DNA of 64,000 nucleotides, taken from NCBI GenBank assembly GCA_964016885.1, contig OZ024749.1:19406001-19470000 (forward strand), read 5' to 3'. This DNA comes from Eledone cirrhosa (lineage: Eukaryota). Shown here piece after piece: positions 15,801 to 32,300 of the stretch (positions within the stretch are counted from its first letter, which is position 1; each line of letters starts with the position of its first letter). The notes under the pieces were generated by a model. It did not search any database, was not told where the DNA came from, and saw only the letters and a list, made by a program, of their open reading frames with translations. A program made the translations under genes and the position numbers.

Positions 15801-17989
15801 TTACACTATCTATACACTGTTAATGACTGTATTTACACTAGCTATACACTGTTAATGACTGTATTTACACTATCTATACACTGTTAATGACTGTATTTAC
15901 ACTATCTATACACTGTTTATGACTGTATTTACACTATCTATACACTGTTAATGACTGTATTTACACTATCTATACACTGTTAATGACTGTATTTACACTA
16001 TCTATACACCGTTAATGACTGTATTTACACTATCTATACACTGTTAATGACTGTATTAACATTATCTATACACTGTTAATGACTATTTACACTATCTATA
16101 CACCGTTAATGACTGTATTTACACTATCTATACACCTTAAATGACTGTATTTACACTATCTATACACTGTTAATGACTGTATTTACACTATCTATACACC
16201 GTTAATGACTGTATTTACACTATCTATACACTGTTAATGACTGTATTTACACTATCTATACACTGTTAATAACTGTATTTACACTATCTATACACTGTTA
16301 ATAACTGTATTTACACTATCTATACACTGTTAATAACTGTATTTACACTATCTATACACTGTTAATAACTGTATTTACACTATCTATACATTGTTAATGA
16401 CTGTATTTACACTATCTATACACTGTTAATAACTGTATTTACACTATCTATACACTGTTAATGACTGTATTTACACTATCTATACACTGTTAATAACTGT
16501 ATTTACACTATCTATACACTGTTAATAACTGTATTTACACTATCTATACACTGTTAATAACTGTATTTACACTATCTATACACTGTTAATGACTGTATTT
16601 ACACTATGTATACATTGTTAATGACTGTATTTACACTATCTATACATTGTTAATGACTGTATTTACACTATCTATACATTGTTAATGACTGTATTTACAC
16701 TATCTATGCACTGTTAATGACTGGATTTACACTATCTATACACTGTTAATGACTGTATTTACACTATCTATACATTGTTAATGACTGTATTTACACTATC
16801 TATACACTGTTAATCACTGTATTTACACTATCTATACACTGTTAATGACTGTATTTACACTATCTATACATTGTTAATGACTGTATTTACACTATCTATA
16901 CACTGTTAATGACTGTATTTACACTATCTATACACTGTTAATGACTGTATTTACACTATCTATACATTGTTAATGACTGTATTTACACTATCTATACACT
17001 GTTAATGACTGTATTTACACTATCTATACACTGTTAATGACTGTATTGACGCTATCTATACACTGTTAATGACTGTATTTACACTATCTATACACTGTTA
17101 ATGACTGTATTTACACTATCTATACACTGTTAATGACTGTATTTACACTATCTATACACCGTTAATGACTGTATTTACATTATCTATACACTGTTAATGA
17201 CTCTATTTACACTATCTATACACCGTTAATGACTGTATTTACATTATCTATACACTGTTAATGACTGTATTTACACTATCTATACACTGTTAATGACTGT
17301 ATTTACACTATCTATACACCGTTAATGACTGTATTTACACTATCTATACACTGTTACTGACTGTATTTACACTATCTATACACTGTTAATAACTGTATTT
17401 ACACTATCTATACACTGTTATTGACTGTATTTACACTATCTATACACTGTTAATAACTGTATTTACACTATCCATACACTGTTAATAACTGTATTTACAC
17501 TATCTATACACTGTTAATAACTGTATTTACACTATCTATACATTGTTAATAACTGTATTTACACTATCTATACACTGTTAATGACTGTATTTACACTATC
17601 TATACACTGTTAATGACTGTATTTACACTATCTATACACTGTTAATAACTGTATTTACACTATCTATACATTGTTAATAACTGTATTTACACTATCTATA
17701 CATTGTTAATGACTGTATTTACACTATCTATACACTGTTAATGACTGTATTTACACTATCTATACACTGTTAATAACTGTATTTACACTATCTATACACT
17801 GTTAATGACTGTATTTACACTATCTATACACTGTTAATGACTGTATTTACACTATCTATACACCGTTAATGACTGTATTTACATTATCTATACACTGTTA
17901 ATGACTGTATTTACACTATCTATACACTGTTAATGACTGTATTTACACTATCTATACACTGTTAATAACTGTATTTACACTGTTAATAA

Positions 17990-20900
17990 CTGTATTTACA
18001 CTATCTATACACTGTTAATGACTGTATTTACACTATCTATACATTGTTAATGACTGTATTTACACTATCTATACATTGTTAATGACTGTATTTACACTAT
18101 CTATACATTGTTAATGACTGTATTTACACTATCTATACACTGTTAATGACTGTATTTACACTATCTATACATTGTTAATGACTGTATTTACACTATCTAT
18201 ACATTGTTAATGACTGTATTTACAGTATCTATACACTGTTAATGACTGCATTTACACTATCTATACACTGTTAATGACTGTATTTACACTATCTATACAC
18301 TGTTAATGACTGTATTTACACTATCTATACACTGTTAATGACTGTATTTACACTATCTATACACTGTTAATGACTGTATTTACACTATCTATACACCGTT
18401 AATGACTGTATTTATGCTATCTATACACTGTTAATGACTGTATTAACATTATCTATACACTGTTAATGACTGTATTTACACTATCTATACACTGTTAATG
18501 ACTGTATTTACACTATCTATACACTGTTAATGACTGTATTTACACTATCTATACATTGTTAATGACTGTATTTACACTATCTATACACTGTTAATGACTG
18601 TATTTACACTATCTATACACTGTTAATGACTGTATTTACACTATCTATACACTGTTAATGACTGTATTTACACTATCTATACACTGTTTATGACTGTATT
18701 TACACTATCTATACACTGTTAATGACTGTATTTACACTATCTATACACCGTTAATGACTGTATTTACACTATCTATACACTGTTAATGACTGTATTAACA
18801 TTATCTATACACTGTTAATGACTATTTACACTATCTATACACCGTTAATGACTGTATTTACACTATCTATACACCGTTAATGACTGTATTTACACTATCT
18901 ATACACTGTTAATGACTGTATTTACACTATCTATACACCGTTAATGACTGTATTTGCACTATCTATACACTGTTAATGACTGTATTTACACTATCTATAC
19001 ACTGTTAATGACTGTACTTACACTATCTATACACTGTTAATGACTGTATTTACACTATCTATACACTGTTAATGACTGTATTTACACTATCTATACACTG
19101 TTAATGACTGTATTTACACTATCTATACACTGTTAATAACTGTATTTACACTATCTATACATTGTTAATGACTGTATTTACACTAACTATACACTGTTAA
19201 TGACTGTTTTTACACTATCTATACACTGTAAATAACTGTATTTACATTATCTGTACCTTATTAATAACTGTATTTACACTATCTATACACTGTTAATAAC
19301 TGTATTTACACTATCTATACACTGTTAATAACTGTATTTACACTATCTATACACTTAATGACTGTATTAACATTATCTATACACTGTTAATGACTGTATT
19401 TACACTATCTATACATTGTTAATGACTGTATTTACACTATCTATACACTGTTAATGACTGTATTTACACTATCTATACACTGTTAATAACTGTATTTACA
19501 CTATCTATACACTGTTAATGACTGTATTTACACTATCTATACACTGTTAATGACTGTATTTACACTATCTATACACTGTTAATGACTGTATTTACGCTAT
19601 CTATACATTGTTAATGACTGTATTTACACTATCTATACACTGTTAATGACTGTATTTACACTATCTATACACTGTTAATAACTGTATTTACACTATCTAT
19701 ACACTGTTAATGACTGTATTTACACCACCTATACACTGTTTATAACTGTATTTACACTATCTATACACTGTTAATAACTGTATTTACACTATCTATACAC
19801 TGTTAATAACTGTATTTACACTATCTATACATTGTTAATGACTGTATTTACATTATCTATACACTGTTAATGACTGTATTTACACTATCTATACACTGTT
19901 AAGACTGTATTTACACTATCTATACACCGTTAATGACTGTATTTACACTATCTATACACTGTTAATAACTGTACTTACACTATCTATACATTGTTAATGA
20001 CTGTATTTACACTATCTATACACTGTTAATGACTGTATTTACACTATCTATACACCGTTAATGACTGTATTTACACTATCTATACACTGTTAATAACTGT
20101 ATTTACACTATCTATACACCGTTAATGACTGTATTTACATTATCTATACACTGTTAATGACTGTATTTACACTATCTATACACCGTTAATGACTGTATTT
20201 ACATTATCTATACACTGTTAATGACTGTATTTACACTATCTATACACTGTTAATGACTGTATTTACACTATCTATACACTGTTTATAACTGTATTTACAC
20301 TATCTATACACTGTTAATAACTGTATTTACACTATCTATACACTGTTAATAACTGTATTTACACTATCTATACATTGTTAATGACTGTATTTACACTATC
20401 TATACACTGTTAATAACTGTATTTACACTATCTATACACTGTTAATGACTGTATTTACACTATCTATACACTGTTAATAACTGTATTTACACTATCTATA
20501 CACTGTTAATAACTGTATTTACACTATCTATACATTGTTAATGACTGTATTTACACTATCTATACACTGTTAATAACTGTATTTACACTATCTATACACT
20601 GTTAATGACTGTATTTACACTATCTATACACTGTTAATAACTGTATTTACACTATCTATACACTGTTAATAACTGTATTTACACTATCTATACACTGTTA
20701 ATAACTGTATTTACACTATCTATACACTGTTAATGACTGTATTTACACTATCTATACACTGTTAATAACGGTATTTACACTATCTATACACTGTTAATAA
20801 CTGTATTTACTCTATCTATACACTGTTAATAACTGTATTTACACTATCTATACACTGTTAATAACTGTATTTACACTATCTATACATTGTTAATGACTGT

Positions 20901-23900
20901 ATTTACACTATCTATACACTGTTAATAACTGTATTTACACTATCTATACACTGTTAATGACTGTATTTACACTATCTATACACTGTTAATAACTGTATTT
21001 ACACTATCTATACACTGTTAATAACTGTATTTACACTATCTATACACTGTTAATAACTGTATTTACACTATCTATACATTGTTAATGACTGTATTTACAC
21101 TATCTATACACTGTTAATGACTGTATTTACACTATCTATACACTGTTAATAACTGTATTTACACTATCTATACATTGTTAATAACTGTATTTACACTATC
21201 TATACACTGTTAATGACTGTATTTACACTATCTATACACTGTTAATGACTGTATTTACACTATCTATACACTGTTAATAACTGTATTTACACTATCTATA
21301 CATTGTTAATAACTGTATTTACACTATCTATACATTGTTAATGACTATTTACACTATCTATACACTGTTAATGACTGTAGTTACACTATCTATACACTGT
21401 AAATAACTGTATTTACACTATCTATACATTGTTAATAACTGTATTTACACTATCTATACACTGTTAATGACTGTATTTACACTATCTATGCACTGTTAAT
21501 GACTGGATTTACACTATCTATACACTGTTAATGACAGTATTTACACTATCTATACATTGTTAATGACTGTATTTACACTATCTATACACTGTTAATGACT
21601 GTATTTACACTATCTATACACTGTTAATGACTGTATTTACACTATCTATACATTGTTAATGACTGTATTTACACTATCTATACATTGTTAATGACTGTAT
21701 TTACACTATCTATACATTGTTAATGACTGTATTTACACTATCTATACACTGTTAATGACTGTATTTACACTATCTATACATTGTTAATGACTGTATTTAC
21801 ACTATCTATACATTGTTAATGACTGTATTTACAGTATCTATACACTGTTAATGACTGCATTTACACTATCTATACACTGTTAATGACTGTATTTACACTA
21901 TCTATACACTGTTAATGACTGTATTTACACTATCTATACACTGTTAATGACTGTATTTACACTATCTATACACTGTTAATGACTGTATTTACACTATCTA
22001 TACACCGTTAATGACTGTATTTATGCTATCTATACACTGTTAATGACTGTATTAACATTATCTATACACTGTTAATGACTGTATTTACACTATCTATACA
22101 CTGTTAATGACTGTATTTACACTATCTATACACTGTTAATGACTGTATTTACACTATCTATACATTGTTAATGACTGTATTTACACTATCTATACACTGT
22201 TAATGACTGTATTTACACTATCTATACACTGTTAATGACTGTATTTACACTATCTATACACTGTTAATGACTGTATTTACACTATCTATACACTGTTTAT
22301 GACTGTATTTACACTATCTATACACTGTTAATGACTGTATTTACACTATCTATACACCGTTAATGACTGTATTTACACTATCTATACACTGTTAATGACT
22401 GTATTAACATTATCTATACACTGTTAATGACTATTTACACTATCTATACACCGTTAATGACTGTATTTACACTATCTATACACCGTTAATGACTGTATTT
22501 ACACTATCTATACACTGTTAATGACTGTATTTACACTATCTATACACCGTTAATGACTGTATTTACACTATCTATACACTGTTAATGACTGTATTTACAC
22601 TATCTATACACTGTTAATGACTGTACTTACACTATCTATACACTGTTAATGACTGTATTTACACTATCTATACACTGTTAATGACTGTATTTACACTATC
22701 TATACACTGTTAATGACTGTATTTACACTATCTATACACTGTTAATAACTGTATTTACACTATCTATACATTGTTAATGACTGTATTTACACTAACTATA
22801 CACTGTTAATGACTGTTTTTACACTATCTATACACTGTAAATAACTGTATTTACATTATCTGTACCTTATTAATAACTGTATTTACACTATCTATACACT
22901 GTTAATAACTGTATTTACACTATCTATACACTGTTAATAACTGTATTTACACTATCTATACACTTAATGACTGTATTAACATTATCTATACACTGTTAAT
23001 GACTGTATTTACACTATCTATACATTGTTAATGACTGTATTTACACTATCTATACACTGTTAATGACTGTATTTACACTATCTATACACTGTTAATAACT
23101 GTATTTACACTATCTATACACTGTTAATGACTGTATTTACACTATCTATACACTGTTAATGACTGTATTTACACTATCTATACACTGTTAATGACTGTAT
23201 TTACGCTATCTATACATTGTTAATGACTGTATTTACACTATCTATACACTGTTAATGACTGTATTTACACTATCTATACACTGTTAATAACTGTATTTAC
23301 ACTATCTATACACTGTTAATGACTGTATTTACACCACCTATACACTGTTTATAACTGTATTTACACTATCTATACACTGTTAATAACTGTATTTACACTA
23401 TCTATACACTGTTAATAACTGTATTTACACTATCTATACATTGTTAATGACTGTATTTACATTATCTATACACTGTTAATGACTGTATTTACACTATCTA
23501 TACACTGTTAAGACTGTATTTACACTATCTATACACCGTTAATGACTGTATTTACACTATCTATACACTGTTAATAACTGTACTTACACTATCTATACAT
23601 TGTTAATGACTGTATTTACACTATCTATACACTGTTAATGACTGTATTTACACTATCTATACACCGTTAATGACTGTATTTACACTATCTATACACTGTT
23701 AATAACTGTATTTACACTATCTATACACCGTTAATGACTGTATTTACATTATCTATACACTGTTAATGACTGTATTTACACTATCTATACACCGTTAATG
23801 ACTGTATTTACATTATCTATACACTGTTAATGACTGTATTTACACTATCTATACACTGTTAATGACTGTATTTACACTATCTATACACTGTTTATAACTG

Positions 23901-26900
23901 TATTTACACTATCTATACACTGTTAATAACTGTATTTACACTATCTATACACTGTTAATAACTGTATTTACACTATCTATACATTGTTAATGACTGTATT
24001 TACACTATCTATACACTGTTAATAACTGTATTTACACTATCTATACACTGTTAATGACTGTATTTACACTATCTATACACTGTTAATAACTGTATTTACA
24101 CTATCTATACACTGTTAATAACTGTATTTACACTATCTATACATTGTTAATGACTGTATTTACACTATCTATACACTGTTAATAACTGTATTTACACTAT
24201 CTATACACTGTTAATGACTGTATTTACACTATCTATACACTGTTAATAACTGTATTTACACTATCTATACACTGTTAATAACTGTATTTACACTATCTAT
24301 ACACTGTTAATAACTGTATTTACACTATCTATACACTGTTAATGACTGTATTTACACTATCTATACACTGTTAATAACGGTATTTACACTATCTATACAC
24401 TGTTAATAACTGTATTTACTCTATCTATACACTGTTAATAACTGTATTTACACTATCTATACACTGTTAATAACTGTATTTACACTATCTATACATTGTT
24501 AATGACTGTATTTACACTATCTATACACTGTTAATAACTGTATTTACACTATCTATACACTGTTAATGACTGTATTTACACTATCTATACACTGTTAATA
24601 ACTGTATTTACACTATCTATACACTGTTAATAACTGTATTTACACTATCTATACACTGTTAATAACTGTATTTACACTATCTATACATTGTTAATGACTG
24701 TATTTACACTATCTATACACTGTTAATGACTGTATTTACACTATCTATACACTGTTAATAACTGTATTTACACTATCTATACATTGTTAATAACTGTATT
24801 TACACTATCTATACACTGTTAATGACTGTATTTACACTATCTATACACTGTTAATGACTGTATTTACACTATCTATACACTGTTAATAACTGTATTTACA
24901 CTATCTATACATTGTTAATAACTGTATTTACACTATCTATACATTGTTAATGACTATTTACACTATCTATACACTGTTAATGACTGTAGTTACACTATCT
25001 ATACACTGTAAATAACTGTATTTACACTATCTATACATTGTTAATAACTGTATTTACACTATCTATACACTGTTAATGACTGTATTTACACTATCTATGC
25101 ACTGTTAATGACTGGATTTACACTATCTATACACTGTTAATGACAGTATTTACACTATCTATACATTGTTAATGACTGTATTTACACTATCTATACACTG
25201 TTAATGACTGTATTTACACTATCTATACACTGTTAATGACTGTATTTACACTATCTATACATTGTTAATGACTGTATTTACACTATCTATACATTGTTAA
25301 TGACTGTATTTACACTATCTATACATTGTTAATGACTGTATTTACACTATCTATACACTGTTAATGACTGTATTTACACTATCTATACATTGTTAATGAC
25401 TGTATTTACACTATCTATACATTGTTAATGACTGTATTTACAGTATCTATACACTGTTAATGACTGCATTTACACTATCTATACACTGTTAATGACTGTA
25501 TTTACACTATCTATACACTGTTAATGACTGTATTTACACTATCTATACACTGTTAATGACTGTATTTACACTATCTATACACTGTTAATGACTGTATTTA
25601 CACTATCTATACACCGTTAATGACTGTATTTATGCTATCTATACACTGTTAATGACTGTATTAACATTATCTATACACTGTTAATGACTGTATTTACACT
25701 ATCTATACACTGTTAATGACTGTATTTACACTATCTATACACTGTTAATGACTGTATTTACACTATCTATACATTGTTAATGACTGTATTTACACTATCT
25801 ATACACTGTTAATGACTGTATTTACACTATCTATACACTGTTAATGACTGTATTTACACTATCTATACACTGTTAATGACTGTATTTACACTATCTATAC
25901 ACTGTTTATGACTGTATTTACACTATCTATACACTGTTAATGACTGTATTTACACTATCTATACACCGTTAATGACTGTATTTACACTATCTATACACTG
26001 TTAATGACTGTATTAACATTATCTATACACTGTTAATGACTATTTACACTATCTATACACCGTTAATGACTGTATTTACACTATCTATACACCGTTAATG
26101 ACTGTATTTACACTATCTATACACTGTTAATGACTGTATTTACACTATCTATACACCGTTAATGACTGTATTTACACTATCTATACACTGTTAATGACTG
26201 TATTTACACTATCTATACACTGTTAATGACTGTACTTACACTATCTATACACTGTTAATGACTGTATTTACACTATCTATACACTGTTAATGACTGTATT
26301 TACACTATCTATACACTGTTAATGACTGTATTTACACTATCTATACACTGTTAATAACTGTATTTACACTATCTATACATTGTTAATGACTGTATTTACA
26401 CTAACTATACACTGTTAATGACTGTTTTTACACTATCTATACACTGTAAATAACTGTATTTACATTATCTGTACCTTATTAATAACTGTATTTACACTAT
26501 CTATACACTGTTAATAACTGTATTTACACTATCTATACACTGTTAATAACTGTATTTACACTATCTATACACTTAATGACTGTATTAACATTATCTATAC
26601 ACTGTTAATGACTGTATTTACACTATCTATACATTGTTAATGACTGTATTTACACTATCTATACACTGTTAATGACTGTATTTACACTATCTATACACTG
26701 TTAATAACTGTATTTACACTATCTATACACTGTTAATGACTGTATTTACACTATCTATACACTGTTAATGACTGTATTTACACTATCTATACACTGTTAA
26801 TGACTGTATTTACGCTATCTATACATTGTTAATGACTGTATTTACACTATCTATACACTGTTAATGACTGTATTTACACTATCTATACACTGTTAATAAC

Positions 26901-27495
26901 TGTATTTACACTATCTATACACTGTTAATGACTGTATTTACACTACCTATACACTGTTTATAACTGTATTTACACTATCTATACACTGTTAATAACTGTA
27001 TTTACACTATCTATACACTGTTAATAACTGTATTTACACTATCTATACATTGTTAATGACTGTATTTACATTATCTATACACTGTTAATGACTGTATTTA
27101 CACTATCTATACACTGTTAAGACTGTATTTACACTATCTATACACCGTTAATGACTGTATTTACACTATCTATACACTGTTAATAACTGTACTTACACTA
27201 TCTATACATTGTTAATGACTGTATTTACACTATCTATACACTGTTAATGACTGTATTTACACTATCTATACACCGTTAATGACTGTATTTACACTATCTA
27301 TACACTGTTAATAACTGTATTTACACTATCTATACACCGTTAATGACTGTATTTACATTATCTATACACTGTTAATGACTGTATTTACACTATCTATACA
27401 CCGTTAATGACTGTATTTACATTATCTATACACTGTTAATGACTGTATTTACACTATCTATACACTGTTAATGACTGTATTTACACTATCTATAC
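17990..27495. repeat. 113-monomer higher-order repeat (3,609 bp), ~2.6 near-identical tandem copies
   Basis: ctgtaccttatt at 19251/22860/26469 and tacagtatct at 18221/21830/25439 are all spaced 3,609 bp. 113x32 = 3616 minus the four visible deletions (2+1+2+2 = 7) = 3609. Confidence 0.93.
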
Positions 27496-29389
27496 ACCGT
27501 TAATGACTGTATTTACACTATCTATACACTGTTAATCACTGTATTTACACTATCTATACACTGTTAATGACTGTATTTACACTATCTATACACTGTTAAT
27601 AACTGTATTTACACTATCTATACACTGTTAATGACTGTATTTACACTATCTATACACTGTTAATGACTGTATTTACACTATCTATACACTGTTAATGACT
27701 GTATTTACACTATCTATTCATTGTTAATGACTGTATTTACACTATCTATACACTGTTAATGACTGTATTTACACTATCTATACACTGTTAATAACTGTAT
27801 TTACACTATCTATACACTGTTAATGACTGTATTTACACTATCTATACACTGTTTATAACTGTATTTACACTATCTATACACTGTTAATAACTGTATTTAC
27901 ACTATCTATACACTGTTAATAACTGTATTTACACTATCTATACATTGTTAATGACTGTATTTACACTATCTATACACTGTTAATAACTGTATTTACACTA
28001 TCTATACACTGTTAATGACTGTATTTACACTATCTATACACTGTTAATAACTGTATTTACACTATCTATACACTGTTAATAACTGTATTTACACTATCTA
28101 TACACTGTTAATAACTGTATTTACACTATCTATACACTGTTAATGACTGTATTTACACTATCTATACACTGTTAATAACGGTATTTACACTATCTATACA
28201 CTGTTAATAACTGTATTTACTCTATCTATACACTGTTAATAACTGTATTTACACTATCTATACACTGTTAATAACTGTATTTACACTATCTATACATTGT
28301 TAATGACTGTATTTACACTATCTATACACTGTTAATAACTGTATTTACACTATCTATACACTGTTAATGACTGTATTTACACTATCTATACACTGTTAAT
28401 AACTGTATTTACACTATCTATACACTGTTAATAACTGTATTTACACTATCTATACACTGTTAATAACTGTATTTACACTATCTATACATTGTTAATGACT
28501 GTATTTACACTATCTATACACTGTTAATGACTGTATTTACACTATCTATACACTGTTAATAACTGTATTTACACTATCTATACATTGTTAATAACTGTAT
28601 TTACACTATCTATACACTGTTAATGACTGTATTTACACTATCTATACACTGTTAATGACTGTATTTACACTATCTATACACTGTTAATAACTGTATTTAC
28701 ACTATCTATACATTGTTAATAACTGTATTTACACTATCTATACATTGTTAATGACTATTTACACTATCTATACACTGTTAATGACTGTAGTTACACTATC
28801 TATACACTGTAAATAACTGTATTTACACTATCTATACATTGTTAATAACTGTATTTACACTATCTATACACTGTTAATGACTGTATTTACACTATCTATG
28901 CACTGTTAATGACTGGATTTACACTATCTATACACTGTTAATGACAGTATTTACACTATCTATACATTGTTAATGACTGTATTTACACTATCTATACACT
29001 GTTAATCACTGTATTTACACTATCTATACACTGTTAATGACTGTATTTACACTATCTATACCCTGTTAATCACTGTATTTACACTATCTATACACTGTTA
29101 ATGACTGTATTTACACTATCTATACATTGTTAATGACTGTATTTACACTATCTATACATTGTTAATGACTGTATTTACACTATCTATACACTGTTAATGA
29201 CTGTATTTACACTATCTATACACTGTTAATGACTGTATTTACACTATCTATACACTGTTAATGACTGTATTTACATTATCTATACACTGTTAATGACTGT
29301 ATTTACACTATCTATACACTGTTAATGACTGTATTTACACTATCTATACATTGTTAATGACTGTATTTACACTATCTATACACTGTTAA

Positions 29390-32300
29390 TGACTGTATTT
29401 ACACTATCTATACACTGTTAATGACTGTATTTACACTATCTATACATTGTTAATGACGGTATTTACACTATCTATACACTGTTAATGACTGTATTTACAC
29501 TATCTATACACTGTTAATGACTGTATTTACGCTATCTATACACTGTTAATGACTGTATTTACACTATCTATACACTGTTAATGACTGTATTTACACTATC
29601 TATACACTGTTAATAACTGTATTTACACTATCTATACACTGTTAATAACTGTATTTACACTATCTATACACTGTTAATGACTGTATTTACACTATCTATA
29701 CACTGTTAATGACTGTATTTACACTATCTATACACCGTCAATGACTGTATTTACATTATCTATACACTGATAATGACTCTATTTACACTATCTATACACT
29801 GTTAATGACTGTATTTACACTATCTATACATTGTTAATGACTGTATTTACACTATCTATACACTGTTAATGACTGTATTTACACTATCTATACACTGTTA
29901 ATGACTGTATTTACACTATCTATACATTGTTAATGACGGTATTTACACTATCTATACACTGTTAATGACTGTATTTACACTATCTATACACTGTTAATGA
30001 CTGTATTTACGCTATCTATACACTGTTAATGACTGTATTTACACTATCTATACACTGTTAATGACTGTATTTACACTATCTATACACTGTTAATAACTGT
30101 ATTTACACTATCTATACACTGTTAATAACTGTATTTACACTATCTATACACTGTTAATGACTGTATTTACACTATCTATACACTGTTAATGACTGTATTT
30201 ACACTATCTATACACCGTCAATGACTGTATTTACATTATCTATACACTGATAATGACTCTATTTACACTATCTATACACCGTTAATGACTGTATTTACAT
30301 TATCTATACACTGTTAATGACTGTATTTACACTATCTATACACTGTTAATGACTGTATTTACACTATCTATACACCGTTAATGACTGTATTTACACTATC
30401 TATACACTGTTAATGCCTGTATTTACACTATCTATACACCGTTAATGACTGTATTTACACTATCTATACACTGTTAATCACTGTATTTACACTATCTATA
30501 CACTGTTAATGACTGTATTTACACTATCTATGCACTGTTAATGACTGTATTTACACTATCTATACACTGTTTATAACTGTATTTACACTATCTATACACT
30601 GTTAATAACTGTATTTACACTATCTATACACTGTTAATGACTGTATTTACACTATTTATATACTGTTAATAACTGTATTTACACTATCTATACACTGTTA
30701 ATGACTGTATTTACACTATCTATACACTGTTAATGACTGTATTTACACTATCTATACACTGTTAATAACTGTATTTACACTATCTATACATTGTTAATAA
30801 CTGTATTTACACTATCTATACACTGTTAATGACTGTATTTACACTATCTATACATTGTTAATGACTGTATTTACACTATCTATACACTGTTAATAACTGT
30901 ATTTACACTATCTATACATTGTTAATAACTGTATTTACACTATCTATACACTGTTAATAACTGTATTTACACTATCTATACATTGTTAATGACTGTATTT
31001 ACACTATCTATACACTGTTAATGACTGTATTTACACTATCTATACACTGTTAATGACTGTATTTACACTATCTATACATTGTTAATGACTGTATTTACAC
31101 TATCTATACACTGTTAATGACTGTATTTACACTATCTATACACTGTTAATGACTGTATTTACACTATCTATACATTGTTAATGACTGTATTTACACTATC
31201 TATACACTGTTAATGACTGTATTTACACTATCTATACACTGTTAATGACTGTATTTACGCTATCTATACACTGTTAATGACTGTATTTACACTATCTATA
31301 CACTGTTAATGACTGTATTTATACTATCTATACACTGTTAATAACTGTATTTACACTATCTATACACTGTTAATAACTGTATTTACACTATCTATACACT
31401 GTTAATGACTGTATTTACACTATCTATACACTGTTAATGACTGTATTTACACTATCTATAAACCGTTAATGACTGTATTTACATTATCTATACACTGTTA
31501 ATGACTCTATTTACACTATCTATACACCGTTAATGACTGTATTTACATTATCTATACACTGTTAATGACTGTATTTACACTATCTATACACTGTTACTGA
31601 CTGTATTTACACTATCTATACACTGTTAATAACTGTATTTACACTATCTATACACTGTTATTGACTGTATTTACACTATCTATACACTGTTAATAACTGT
31701 ATTTACACTATCCATACACTGTTAATAACTGTATTTACACTATCTATACACTGTTAATAACTGTATTTACACTATCTATACATTGTTAATGACTGTATTT
31801 ACACTATCTATACACTGTTATTGACTGTATTTACACTATCTATACACTGTTAATAACTGTATTTACACTATCTATACATTGTTAATAACTGTATTTACAC
31901 TATCTATACACTGTTAATGACTGTATTTACACTATCTATACACTGTTAATGACTGTATTTACACTATCTATACATTGTTAATGACGGTATTTACACTATC
32001 TATACACTGTTAATGACTGTATTTACACTATCTATACACTGTTAATGACTGTATTTACGCTATCTATACACTGTTAATGACTGTATTTACACTATCTATA
32101 CACTGTTAATGACTGTATTTACACTATCTATACACTGTTAATAACTGTATTTACACTATCTATACACTGTTAATAACTGTATTTACACTATCTATACACT
32201 GTTAATGACTGTATTTACACTATCTATACACTGTTAATGACTGTATTTACACTATCTATACACCGTCAATGACTGTATTTACATTATCTATACACTGATA

